Shown: positions 28,505 to 37,636 of the stretch, in pieces | Position numbering within the stretch: position 1 is the first letter of the stretch | Layout: each line of letters starts with the position of its first letter | Source: Gemmatimonadales bacterium | GTDB taxonomy: Bacteria > Gemmatimonadota > Gemmatimonadetes > Gemmatimonadales > GWC2-71-9 | Reading direction: 5' to 3' | DNA length: 64,000 nucleotides | Assembly: GCA_041615815.1 (NCBI GenBank) | Contig: JBFJCP010000013.1 | Span: 32,001-96,000 of the forward strand | The notes under the pieces: generated by a model | Told to the model about the DNA's origin: nothing | What the model saw: the letters and a program-made list of their open reading frames with translations, nothing else | Database searches by the model: none | Made by a program: the position numbers and the translations under genes

Positions 28505-30091
28505 ATGCGCTCATTGTTGCTCGTGCTCGTCGTGACGCTCGGGGCGTGCCGCGGCAAGGGTACTCCACCGCCGTCCAACGATCTCCTGATCGTCGGGTAC
28601 GATCGGGAACCCGACGTGCTCAACCGGTTCTCGACACATATCCTCGAGGACATCCACTCCTGTATCGTCGAAGGTCTGACAACCACCGACGAGCACATGA
28701 ACGTAGTTCCGGTGTTGGCGCGCGAAGTTCCCACCCCCGAAAATGGCGGCGTGCTGATTCGTCCCGACGGCGGAATGGACGTCACCTGGCGGCTCCGGCC
28801 GGGCGTGCGCTGGCACGACGGTACACCCTTCACTTCCGACGATATTGCGTTCACCGTCCGCGCCATCAACGATCCCGCGTACAATCCCGAGAGCACCGAC
28901 GGCTTCGATCGTATAGAGTCCGTCAGCACACCGGATTCCCTGACGGCTGTCGTGCACTACCGCGAGATCTACGCGCCGTATGCGATTCAGTTCTTTCGCG
29001 GCGCGTTGCCCCGGCATGTCCTCGAAGGTCGGGACATCGATCGTGCCACCGACTACAACCGGAACCCACTCGGGACCGGGCCATATCGCGTCGTCGAGTG
29101 GAGGACCGGCGAGTATATCCTCTTGGAGCGAGTCGACGATTACTGGCGGGGGCCCAACCTCCCCAACATCCGGCGCATCATGTTCAAGTTCGTCCCCAAC
29201 ACCAACACGCGGATCAACCAACTCCGGAGCGGAGAGGTCCATGTGGTAGCGTTGGTACCGTGGGACAAGGTGCGGGAGATCGAAGACCTCGAGCATCTTC
29301 GGATTCAGCGCATGGTGGGGAACAGCTATGAGCTGATCAATCTCAACCAGCGCGAGTTCCCACCGGTGCGTGACCTCCGGGTGCGCCGCGCGCTGGTGCA
29401 CGGTATCGATCGGGAACTGATCGTGAACACGATCTTGGACGGACTCGCGCCCGTCGTGCACGGCCCCATTCAGCCAACCTCATGGGCGTTTACCGACCGT
29501 GTGCGGACCTACGCATACGATCCCGCTACCGCCAAGCGACTGCTCGACGAAGCTGGGTGGCGCGACACCGACGGTGACGGCGTACGCGACCAAGACGGTG
29601 AGGCCTTCGTTTTCACGCTGATTACCCAAGCGGGGTTCGCAGTGCGAGAAAACGTGGCGCAGACGATTCAACGGCAGCTCCGAGACGTCGGTATCGATAT
29701 GCGCATCCAACTCATCGACGGCACGGCCATCAGTAGCTACTGGTTCGAGGGCCGGTTCGACGCGATGCTCCACTGGTGGCACATGCCGGCCGATCCGGAG
29801 ATCACGTTGTTCTTTGCGGGAGACCGGACGCCGCCGGCAGGTCGGAACATCAATTATTTCTCAGACGATTCGCTGACGACGTTGCTCTATGCGTCCGATC
29901 GCACGGTAGATCGGGACGAGCGGCGTCGCCTCCTCGTCGCCGCGCAGCAACGCCTGGCCGAACTGGTGCCGGAGATCCCCTTGTACAACATCACGCGCCT
30001 CGATGTCGTCCCGCGCAACCTGGCGAGCTTTCGGGGCAACCCCACGAACACGGGCATCTTCTGGAACGTGCACGAGTGGGAACTTCGGTAG
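28505..30091 (+). CDS. peptide/nickel ABC transporter substrate-binding lipoprotein (SBP family 5)
   Basis: Lipobox LGAC; LRPGVRWHDGTPFTSDDIAFT, LGTGPY and VRRALVHGIDR motifs. Confidence 0.93.
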   Translation: MRSLLLVLVVTLGACRGKGTPPPSNDLLIVGYDREPDVLNRFSTHILEDIHSCIVEGLTTTDEHMNVVPVLAREVPTPENGGVLIRPDGGMDVTWRLRPGVRWHDGTPFTSDDIAFTVRAINDPAYNPESTDGFDRIESVSTPDSLTAVVHYREIYAPYAIQFFRGALPRHVLEGRDIDRATDYNRNPLGTGPYRVVEWRTGEYILLERVDDYWRGPNLPNIRRIMFKFVPNTNTRINQLRSGEVHVVALVPWDKVREIEDLEHLRIQRMVGNSYELINLNQREFPPVRDLRVRRALVHGIDRELIVNTILDGLAPVVHGPIQPTSWAFTDRVRTYAYDPATAKRLLDEAGWRDTDGDGVRDQDGEAFVFTLITQAGFAVRENVAQTIQRQLRDVGIDMRIQLIDGTAISSYWFEGRFDAMLHWWHMPADPEITLFFAGDRTPPAGRNINYFSDDSLTTLLYASDRTVDRDERRRLLVAAQQRLAELVPEIPLYNITRLDVVPRNLASFRGNPTNTGIFWNVHEWELR

Positions 30092-31032
30092 TGCTGCGCT
30101 ACGCGGCACGCCGGATCGCGGTCGCGGTTCCCCTTCTCCTGCTCATCTCGATGCTGGTCTTCGCTCTCACGCGAGCGGCGCCAGGGGGACCTGTCGAGAT
30201 GTATCTCGCGAACCCCAATGTGCGACCGGAGGACATCGAGCGGCTGCGGGTAGCACTTGGCCTCGATCAACCCTTGCTCGAGCAATACCTGGCGTGGCTC
30301 CGAGGGTTCGTGACCGGCCAGTGGGGGTACAGCTTCGTGGACGGCCGGCCGGTCACGACGCGCATCCTCGAGCGGCTCCCCGCCACCTTGGAGCTCATGG
30401 TCAGCTCCCTGGTGGTCGCGCTTGCGGCGGCGTTTCCGCTGGGAATCATCGCGGCGCTGCGGCAGCGGGGCTGGTTCGACCGCGTCAGTACGGTGGCGTC
30501 GTTCGCCGGGATCTCACTCCCGGTCTTTTGGTTTGGTCTGGTGCTGCAGTTGGTGTTTGCCATTGGGCTGGGTTGGTTGCCGTCGTCCGGGCGTTCGGCA
30601 TTCGGAGCCGGCGGAGTGGCCGATCGCCTGGAACACCTCCTGCTCCCCGCCACCGTTCTGGCCACGGTGCACGCGGCGGCCTGGTCGCGATTCCTACGCT
30701 CCTCCATGGTGACGGCGCTGCGCGAGCCCTTCGTCACCGCGGCGCGAGCCCGAGGCCTCACAGGCCGCTCCGTGGTGGCACATGCGCTGCGAACTGCCGT
30801 GCTGCCATTGACCACGGTGGTGATGCTGGACGCTGCCATCATGGTATCCGGGGCGGTTGTCACCGAGAGCGTGTTCGCGTGGCCCGGGCTAGGGAGTCTC
30901 TTCACCGAAGCCCTGGCCCGGCGTGACTATACCGTGCTGATGGCGTTTCTCATGAGCACGGCCACCGCGGTGGTGGTGCTCAATCTGTTGGCAGACGTCG
31001 CCTATCGGGTCGTCGACCCGCGGGTAACATGA
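30091..31032 (+). CDS. ABC transporter permease (DppB/OppB-like)
   Basis: LGLDQPLLEQY, ERLPATLEL, EAA loop (TAARARGL), VTESVFAWPGLG; GTG overlaps the SBP stop. Confidence 0.93.
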   Translation: MLRYAARRIAVAVPLLLLISMLVFALTRAAPGGPVEMYLANPNVRPEDIERLRVALGLDQPLLEQYLAWLRGFVTGQWGYSFVDGRPVTTRILERLPATLELMVSSLVVALAAAFPLGIIAALRQRGWFDRVSTVASFAGISLPVFWFGLVLQLVFAIGLGWLPSSGRSAFGAGGVADRLEHLLLPATVLATVHAAAWSRFLRSSMVTALREPFVTAARARGLTGRSVVAHALRTAVLPLTTVVMLDAAIMVSGAVVTESVFAWPGLGSLFTEALARRDYTVLMAFLMSTATAVVVLNLLADVAYRVVDPRVT

Positions 31033-31826
31033 CGGGCGCTCATCGAATCGTGGGGAGGATGGCCCTCGTCGGGCTCCTCGCGATGGCGGTTCTCGCGGTC
31101 TTGGCCCCGATTCTCACTCCGTACGTCCCCGACGGTATCGATCTGGCCAACCGGCGCGCGCCGCCTTCCCTCTCGCATTGGTTCGGCACCGACGAATTAG
31201 GCCGCGACGTATGCACGCGGGTTCTGTTTGGCGCCCGGGTCTCGCTGGCCATCGGCCTTCTCTCGGCCGCCGTGACCGCGGTGGTGGGATTCGTCATCGG
31301 ATCCGTGAGCGGTTATGCCCGGGGCTTGCTCGACGGAGTCCTGATGCGGCTCACCGATACGATGCTCTCGGTGCCCCGCTTGCCCCTGCTCATGATCTTG
31401 GCCGCCATTCTGGACCCCACGATCCCGATGTTGATCGTGCTGGTGGGCCTCGCCGGTTGGATGGAGACCGCACGCGTCGTGCGGGCGGAGGTGCTCTCGC
31501 TGAGAGAGCGATCGTTCGTGCTGGCGGCACGCGCTTGCGGCGCCCGGCCCCCCAGGATCGTGGGTCGGCACTTGCTTCCCAATGTGCTACCCGCCGCGAT
31601 GGTGGCGACCACGCTCGCCGTGGCCCGAGGGATACTGTTGGAATCGACCCTCAGTTTCTTTGGCGTCGGGGTGCAGCCACCGACGGCGAGCTGGGGCAAC
31701 ATGCTCTATCAAGCACAATCGACCATGAGCACCGAGCCATGGGTGGCGATCTTTCCGGGGATGATGATCCTGCTGACGGTCCTGGCGGTGAACGTGCTGG
31801 GAGACGCGGCAACGGGTGCCGCCTAG
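31029..31826 (+). CDS. ABC transporter permease (DppC/OppC-like)
   Basis: HWFGTDELGRD, GARVSL, RHLLPN and SWGNML motifs; ATGA overlap. Confidence 0.93.
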   Translation: MTGAHRIVGRMALVGLLAMAVLAVLAPILTPYVPDGIDLANRRAPPSLSHWFGTDELGRDVCTRVLFGARVSLAIGLLSAAVTAVVGFVIGSVSGYARGLLDGVLMRLTDTMLSVPRLPLLMILAAILDPTIPMLIVLVGLAGWMETARVVRAEVLSLRERSFVLAARACGARPPRIVGRHLLPNVLPAAMVATTLAVARGILLESTLSFFGVGVQPPTASWGNMLYQAQSTMSTEPWVAIFPGMMILLTVLAVNVLGDAATGAA

Positions 31827-31894
31827 CTAGCGAGTCACCTACAGGCTTGGCAACGCGGGCGCCACCTCGGCGCCCGCGTCGCGGTAGAGAGCGC

Positions 31895-32692
31895 TTAGGA
31901 ATCGTCGTCGTCGAACTCGACGTCCGTGAACCCATTCTCCAGCTCGAAGCCGAACTCCAACAATTGTCCCGTGGTGTCGTAATCCCACTGCGAAAGATCG
32001 ACCACCGTGTCACCCGAAAGGAACCAAGCAGTGGGGTCCACTGTGACCGAAACGGTACGATCGACCGCATCCTCGGTGATCTCGAGCGGGGTGTCGAAAT
32101 CCAGCTCGATCTCGATCTCTGCATCAAAGAACACGCGGAACGGAACCGCGCTTCCGCCCGTGGGGGTGAAGGAGCCCACGGCCAGCATGCTGGCTCCGGA
32201 GGGCCAGTCGTCGAACCCGGCGGCAAGAATGGCGTCCCGCACGGCCTGAATGGCCACCGCGTCGTCATCTTCTTCGTCGTCCTCGAGATCCTCGACTTCG
32301 AACTCAAGTCCCGAATACGAACCGGCAGGTACCTCTTGCCGTACCACGGCCTGATCTACTCCGGCTTCCATCGGCACTTGCACGAACGCCGCCGGTGCCT
32401 CGAACTCCTCACAGTCGTCGTCGAGCAAGCCATCACACTCGACACCGACCAGTTCCAGCTCGAACTCGGCGACGATGAGATACAGCTCGTCGATTGAGAG
32501 GGTGCCGTTACTGCCCGGGATTGGAATGGCGGCCGTGCCGGACCTCGCGAGCATGAGCCCGGAAGGTGCGACCTGGGCCGACACCGGCTGGAACGCGACC
32601 GTGACGTTCCCCCCGGGTCCGGTGGCCGAATCGCAGGCCATGATTGCCAGCGCGAAGGCCGAAAACGTAAACACCGAATGCCGTACCTTCAT
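31895..32692 (-). CDS. acidic hypothetical lipoprotein (DUF4382-like)
   Basis: Lipobox IMAC; PAGSYSGLEF; very Asp/Glu-rich; AAGGAG RBS. Confidence 0.75.
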   Translation of the reverse strand: MKVRHSVFTFSAFALAIMACDSATGPGGNVTVAFQPVSAQVAPSGLMLARSGTAAIPIPGSNGTLSIDELYLIVAEFELELVGVECDGLLDDDCEEFEAPAAFVQVPMEAGVDQAVVRQEVPAGSYSGLEFEVEDLEDDEEDDDAVAIQAVRDAILAAGFDDWPSGASMLAVGSFTPTGGSAVPFRVFFDAEIEIELDFDTPLEITEDAVDRTVSVTVDPTAWFLSGDTVVDLSQWDYDTTGQLLEFGFELENGFTDVEFDDDDS

Positions 32693-32785
32693 GAAGCACT
32701 CCTTCGTCGTCGTCTTTAGGGGTGATCAACTGATGGAAACATGGTAAGCGGTCGGCAGCGGTGGTAGCTGCGATACGGACGGGAG

Positions 32786-32813
32786 CCTTTTTGTGACCGC
32801 GGTCACAAAAAGG
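32786..32813. promoter_or_regulatory. perfect 28-bp palindrome containing a consensus CRP-type box
   Basis: CCTTTTTGTGACCGCGGTCACAAAAAGG; core TGTGA-N6-TCACA at 32792-32807. Confidence 0.7.
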
Positions 32814-32957
32814 TGTGTGATTGCGGACTGTCCGCGGTCACGAGTACCACCCCTGTCACGAGATCGGTCAGGGCTGGCATCACGCAGGGCAGAGCTGAAC
32901 CACTTCGTGGCACTTCCGCCCACCGTCGGCGCAGCGGTCTCAGGCCGGAGAACCTCT

Positions 32958-32973
32958 TGTGACACGTGCCACG
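32958..32973. promoter_or_regulatory. second, weaker CRP/FNR-like box
   Basis: TGTGA-cacgtg-CCACG, 94 bp upstream of the ATG at 33067. Confidence 0.4.
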
Positions 32974-33066
32974 GTTCTCACCCTCCACGGTCGATAGTCT
33001 TAGCGGAGATCGGCTACACAACTCCGTCGCGCCCGTGGTCAGGTAACACTCGTGGAGGCTAACCCC

Positions 33067-33699
33067 ATGCGTATTCAGAGATTGCTCACTGCAGGGTTGA
33101 GTGTCGTTCTGGTGCTCGGCCTGGCCGGATGCGGCAACGACCCCCTGGGCATCAACGAGGGTGACCAGCTCACCGCCGCGGAAATTCAGTCCTTGTTCGA
33201 CGCCATGTCGGCCGCCTTCGCCGGGGGTGGTGTGGGTGCCAGCTCCCCGGTCATGGCCGCCCAGGTGCCGATTCCGATCGATCAGAGCATCGCATTTTCG
33301 GCGTCCTGCCCGGCCGGCGGGACGGTAGGTCTCAACGGATCAGCCAACGGCCAGATCGACGACCAGACCCTCGAGGGGAATCTCTCGATGAATTTCGTAT
33401 ACCAGTTGAACGCATGCGCGGTCACGAACAACGCGGTGACCTTCACGGTGAGCCATGCTCCCGAGATCCGCTTCGAAGGGGATTTCCTGTTCGGGCAGGA
33501 TGAGATCAGTGTGACAGCGAGCGAGCAAGGCGGCTTTCGATTCGAGTCGACGGATGGACGCGCTGGGAGCTGTCTCATCGACCTCGATTTCAGTGCATCG
33601 TACAACAGCGCTACCCAGACATCGAGCGGCTCGGTGACCGGAACGGTCTGCGGGCTCGCCGCCGACCAGATGACCCCGCTGGATCTCGGGGGAAGCTGA
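33067..33699 (+). CDS. hypothetical lipoprotein, beta-rich with four Cys in the mature part
   Basis: Lipobox LAGC; SCPAGG and GTVCG; GGAGG RBS. Confidence 0.8.
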   Translation: MRIQRLLTAGLSVVLVLGLAGCGNDPLGINEGDQLTAAEIQSLFDAMSAAFAGGGVGASSPVMAAQVPIPIDQSIAFSASCPAGGTVGLNGSANGQIDDQTLEGNLSMNFVYQLNACAVTNNAVTFTVSHAPEIRFEGDFLFGQDEISVTASEQGGFRFESTDGRAGSCLIDLDFSASYNSATQTSSGSVTGTVCGLAADQMTPLDLGGS

Positions 33700-33823
33700 G
33701 ATCCTCTGGACGAAGAGCAGCTCGTCCCTCCCGGCGGCCGGAGGTCCTAGGTGGTCCATGCCGCGCAGATACGAGTCAGGTCCTGATCGCCGTCACGCGC
33801 CCCTTGACGACGGTTCGCGTCAG

Positions 33824-34156
33824 TCAGCCCTTGTTCCCGAAGCTGATGCGCCACCATTCCCTCGCGCACTCCGTCAACGACAGATCGCGGACCCGTTCTT
33901 CCGCCAGTCCCTCCATCACCCCGGCAGCAGCGTTCTCGAGCACCGCTCCGATGCCGCCTGCGATGCGTCCCGCATCCTCACCGTATTCCTCAGCTCGTTC
34001 CTTCCCCTGCTGCGTGAGTGACTCGACGTCGGACCGCGCGCGTTTCACCAGTTCTTGCCTGAGCATGGAGCAGGGGCTGAAGGTCCTGTATTTCACGACC
34101 GGAAACGCGGCGGCGGCGATCACGACGATGGCGAGCAAGGCGAGGATCTTCTTCAT
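33824..34156 (-). CDS. small membrane-anchored hypothetical protein
   Basis: MKKILALLAIVVIAAAA; SPC...TECA Cys pair; host-like codons. Confidence 0.7.
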   Translation of the reverse strand: MKKILALLAIVVIAAAAFPVVKYRTFSPCSMLRQELVKRARSDVESLTQQGKERAEEYGEDAGRIAGGIGAVLENAAAGVMEGLAEERVRDLSLTECAREWWRISFGNKG

Positions 34157-34485
34157 GGCATCTCGGCCGATGGGTGGCTCCCGAAGAAAGGCCTGGACGC
34201 GAGCGGCCGCAAGCTAGCCACGGTACGGGGAGCCCGCAACGTGAACCGTGGCGGCCTACCCCTTGGTGCGGCCACGATCGAATGTCCGAGCAACAAGACG
34301 GGACGTTGACGTGTGCAGAGGGCTATCGACGGATTCGATGTCGCGGCCTACCTTGATCCACACGAAGCGCTCCGACGAAGCGTCGTTGCTCTACCGGACC
34401 GCCTTCGGTCAGGCGGGCCTAGAACTTGCCATCCTCCATTCGCGGTATGCCAAGCGCCACCTCGAAGAGTACCAACCCTCCTCCA

Positions 34486-35835
34486 ATGCCGACGCCCACG
34501 CCCGAGCAGTTGATCGCGTGGGGCGCCCGCCTGGCGTATGTCGTGGTCCTGATTCTGGCGACCCTCAAATCGCTGGAGTTTGTCCCCAACGTGGGTGATG
34601 CGGCCGCGCGCCTGGACGACGCATTCGATCCGGTCACCTCGGCCAGGGATCTCGTGGATGCCGTGCGCAATGTGGCACTCTTTGCCGGATGGGGTGCCGT
34701 TTGGGTGGCAACCGGGAAGCCCGCCCTCCGATTATTCACGACCCTGTTCGGGGCCGCCCTCACAGGATTCTTGTTGAGCGCCGCGGTCGAGACACTGCAG
34801 TTGTTCTCCGCCGTCCGAACCGCGAGTGTCTTGGATCTCATTACGAACACGGGTGGGGCATTTGCGGGAGCGGTGTTCATGACGGGGCTCGTGGCGGTGG
34901 CCTGGGGAATGCGAACGTGGAAGTCGTACGTCGGTGTTCCCGCTGTGGTACTCGCCGCAAGTTACCTGGCCGCGGTGTTCTTCGAGGCCGTGGTCCCGCT
35001 CACGCGGGCGGTCCCGCTCCTGGGCGTCTACGGTGGGCCCATCAGCCGTTTCGGCGCGGCGATGGCAGAAATCCGGCTTGGTATGTCCGAATTCCCCATG
35101 CTGGACGTGTTACTGTTCTTCCCTCTCGGCCTGCTGTCCGTCGCAGCTTTGGTGGAGCTCAAGTTTCCTCGCCGCCGCGCAGGGTGGATTGCCAGCGCCG
35201 GTGGTCTCCTGCTTTCGACGACGGCCGAGATCGGCCGGGGGGTGTTGGGACTTCCGGTAGAGCTTGGCGTAATCGTGGTACACGCGCTGGCCATCGCTCT
35301 CGGGGCGGTGCTCGCCGTCAAAGGTCTACCGAGCTTCTCGCGCACGCTCCGTGGCCGCCGACGCGCGCTGTTCGTGGCCGTCGCCTACAGCTTTGTCTTG
35401 ATGTTGTGGGCGTGGCGCCCGTTCATGCCGGAGTGGAGCCTCACGAACATCCTCGAGCAGTTCACGCTCGCGCGTTTCATTCCCCTCGAAGCCGCGCGGT
35501 GGCGTATGGACTTGTTCAGCGTATCCGACGTTGCAGGACAGTTCTTCCGGTACCTTCCGGTCGGAGCGCTCCTGGCGGTATGGCCTCTTCGGCGGCGGGG
35601 ACCCCTCGGAGGTCCATTCGCGGGACTCTACCTCGCCGCGATCCTCGAGTTCGGTCAGGCGTTCGTCGCGGGACGGTTTTTCGACGTGGGTACCGATCTG
35701 GCCGTGCAGTGTTCCGGCGTGCTGATGGGGTGGCTGATGGTGCGGCAAGCGGGATTCAAAGCGTACGGAGCGCTCCTGCCACCATCACGTCGCCGCCGAC
35801 CCGTCGTCGCTGGACGGCGGCAAGGCGCGGCGTAA
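34486..35835 (+). CDS. VanZ family membrane protein with duplicated VanZ-like domains
   Basis: NVALF...VETLQLF...RTASVLDLITNT, and a second copy LEFGQAFVAGRFFDVGTDL; many TM helices. Confidence 0.8.
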   Translation: MPTPTPEQLIAWGARLAYVVVLILATLKSLEFVPNVGDAAARLDDAFDPVTSARDLVDAVRNVALFAGWGAVWVATGKPALRLFTTLFGAALTGFLLSAAVETLQLFSAVRTASVLDLITNTGGAFAGAVFMTGLVAVAWGMRTWKSYVGVPAVVLAASYLAAVFFEAVVPLTRAVPLLGVYGGPISRFGAAMAEIRLGMSEFPMLDVLLFFPLGLLSVAALVELKFPRRRAGWIASAGGLLLSTTAEIGRGVLGLPVELGVIVVHALAIALGAVLAVKGLPSFSRTLRGRRRALFVAVAYSFVLMLWAWRPFMPEWSLTNILEQFTLARFIPLEAARWRMDLFSVSDVAGQFFRYLPVGALLAVWPLRRRGPLGGPFAGLYLAAILEFGQAFVAGRFFDVGTDLAVQCSGVLMGWLMVRQAGFKAYGALLPPSRRRRPVVAGRRQGAA

Positions 35836-36017
35836 CGATTCCTCTCGCCGAGCTCGGGCAATCTCCTAGCTATCTTCGTTGCAACGTGTTATTTGTACTG
35901 GATGATTGGTTTCGGAATACGGCACGGTCCGACCATGCTCGCAGCCACCGCCGTCACCCGTACCCGTGTTCACCTCCCGACCGGGTCGTTCCGGGGCCGA
36001 CAACGCAGGGGATTCTC

Positions 36018-36728
36018 ATGACAGCACGAGCAACCATTTCCATTGCCTGTTCCATGTTGTTGGGACTTGGCGCGTGCCAAGGCGCCGAACAGCAGACTGA
36101 AGAGGCAACGGCAGGCGGCGACGTCGCGATGATGCAGGAGTACCCGAATTCGCCGGCGCCTGTGGCCCTCGAGACCGGTCACGCAGTGGTGCAGCGTCTC
36201 ATGTCCGAACCCAATCAGTGGGTTGGGGAGCATGGGCACGCCGGCAACCAGCTCGCCATCGCGCTCGACGGCGGGACCATGATCTACAGGCAGAACGGCG
36301 AAGAGACCGAGACGACCTATACGCCCGGTCAGCCGTTTTGGATCGAGTACATCGCATCGCACGATCACGCGGCCAAGGATCGCGCCTCCAATGCGATCCT
36401 GATCACCATGAAGCACTCACCTGGCGGGACGGCCATGGCACAGGAATATCCTGCCCGTCCGGCGACGACGATCATCGACAACGAGTACGCCATTGTTCAA
36501 CGTATCGTCGCCGAACCAGGTCAGTGGGTCGGTGAACACTCGCATCCCGGCACCCAGATCGTCGTCTTCCTCACGGGCGGAACCATGACGATGCGGGAGG
36601 GCGGTGAGGAAACCGTCACGACCTACGAGGCCGGCCAGACCATCGAAGTGACGGCCACCGAGGCGCATGATCACGCCAATACCGGAACCAGCCGCATCGA
36701 GGCCCTACTGATCACACCAAAGATGTAA
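36018..36728 (+). CDS. bicupin lipoprotein
   Basis: Lipobox LGAC; two similar cupin repeats QWVGEHxH...GGTM...HDHA. Confidence 0.8.
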   Translation: MTARATISIACSMLLGLGACQGAEQQTEEATAGGDVAMMQEYPNSPAPVALETGHAVVQRLMSEPNQWVGEHGHAGNQLAIALDGGTMIYRQNGEETETTYTPGQPFWIEYIASHDHAAKDRASNAILITMKHSPGGTAMAQEYPARPATTIIDNEYAIVQRIVAEPGQWVGEHSHPGTQIVVFLTGGTMTMREGGEETVTTYEAGQTIEVTATEAHDHANTGTSRIEALLITPKM

Positions 36729-36749
36729 CTGAAGCAACTCGACGTCCGG

Positions 36750-36784
36750 CGCGGGCGCCGGGACCCTGGGTCCCGGCGCCCGCG
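36750..36784. terminator. perfect GC-rich inverted repeat between convergent genes (probable bidirectional terminator)
   Basis: CGCGGGCGCCGGGACCC-T-GGGTCCCGGCGCCCGCG, 17-bp arms. Confidence 0.75.
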
Positions 36785-36823
36785 TTGTATTCCTCCAGCC
36801 CAGTGACCGTCTCGAACTGGCGT

Positions 36824-37474
36824 CTACTCGGTCGTCCTCGACACACTCTCGAGATAGAGGACGATCTGAGCAAAGTCGTCCGTTGAAATCGTATCGCCCA
36901 GCATGTCCTCCAGGTGCTGGCGCATACGTCGCGCCACGGCAATCCAATCTTCGGACGCATGCTGCCTCGGATCCGCCAACGCGTGACACCGGCTACAGGT
37001 CTGCATGAACAGCGCGCGCCCCGGACCGGGCGGCAAGTTCCGTTCACTCACCTGAAACGCGTGCTCGACGAAGTAGGGCACCATGGCCGCGCGCTCGGCG
37101 GTCGTGGGGACCGGAATGTCGAACGTACCGGAGACACGATCGATCCGGAGCCACATCCGGCGAAGCACGATGGGCCAGTCGGTGGCCGAGTGCATCCGGG
37201 GACTTGGAACCGCGTGACAAGTCGTACAATACCGCCGCACCGCCTGAGCACCAGCCGACTCAGCCGCCGGGAGATCCGAGGGCGCGAGATCGCCTGGAGG
37301 CAGCGCTGCCCGCGCCGACGCGAGGAAGATATCCATGTCGACACCCTGGCTTGCGGTACCGCCAGTCTCCGTCACCGTAGGAGGCGGTGGCTGCTCGGTG
37401 GTGCAAGCCATCCATGCCAGCGCGCCCACCAGTACGACCCCGGTGCGACTCACCTTGGCGAGTGTTTTGAGCAT
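36824..37474 (-). CDS. di-heme c-type cytochrome lipoprotein
   Basis: CTTCH and CSRCH, each followed by P..H...DW....RRM; lipobox-like WMAC. Confidence 0.85.
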   Translation of the reverse strand: MLKTLAKVSRTGVVLVGALAWMACTTEQPPPPTVTETGGTASQGVDMDIFLASARAALPPGDLAPSDLPAAESAGAQAVRRYCTTCHAVPSPRMHSATDWPIVLRRMWLRIDRVSGTFDIPVPTTAERAAMVPYFVEHAFQVSERNLPPGPGRALFMQTCSRCHALADPRQHASEDWIAVARRMRQHLEDMLGDTISTDDFAQIVLYLESVSRTTE

Positions 37475-37548
37475 ACTCCACCTCCTTCCGGCGTCGAGTG
37501 CTCGTGCTTGAGCACTCGTGAGCCCTTACGAAGGGTAGAGTGGAGCCA

Positions 37549-37564
37549 ATGAAGGAGCCATGAA
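37549..37564 (-). promoter_or_regulatory. 11-bp-period direct repeat (OmpR/PhoB-type site) upstream of the cytochrome gene
   Basis: ATGAA-ggagcc-ATGAA (TTCAT-N6-TTCAT on the minus strand). Confidence 0.35.
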
Positions 37565-37636
37565 AGGAGTGTGGATTGGATCTGAACTCGACTTCACGAA
37601 TCGGGCACGGCGCGGTCGCGGACGAGGCAGTCGGTT

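Noticed and set aside
34248..34598. 116-aa ORF upstream of VanZ
   Set aside because: No recognisable motif or RBS, overlaps the VanZ start; cannot be supported
34689..36017. N-terminal part of the 679-aa ORF (apparent fusion)
   Set aside because: Arg/Gly-rich off-frame shadow of the VanZ gene; the cupin gene starts at 36018
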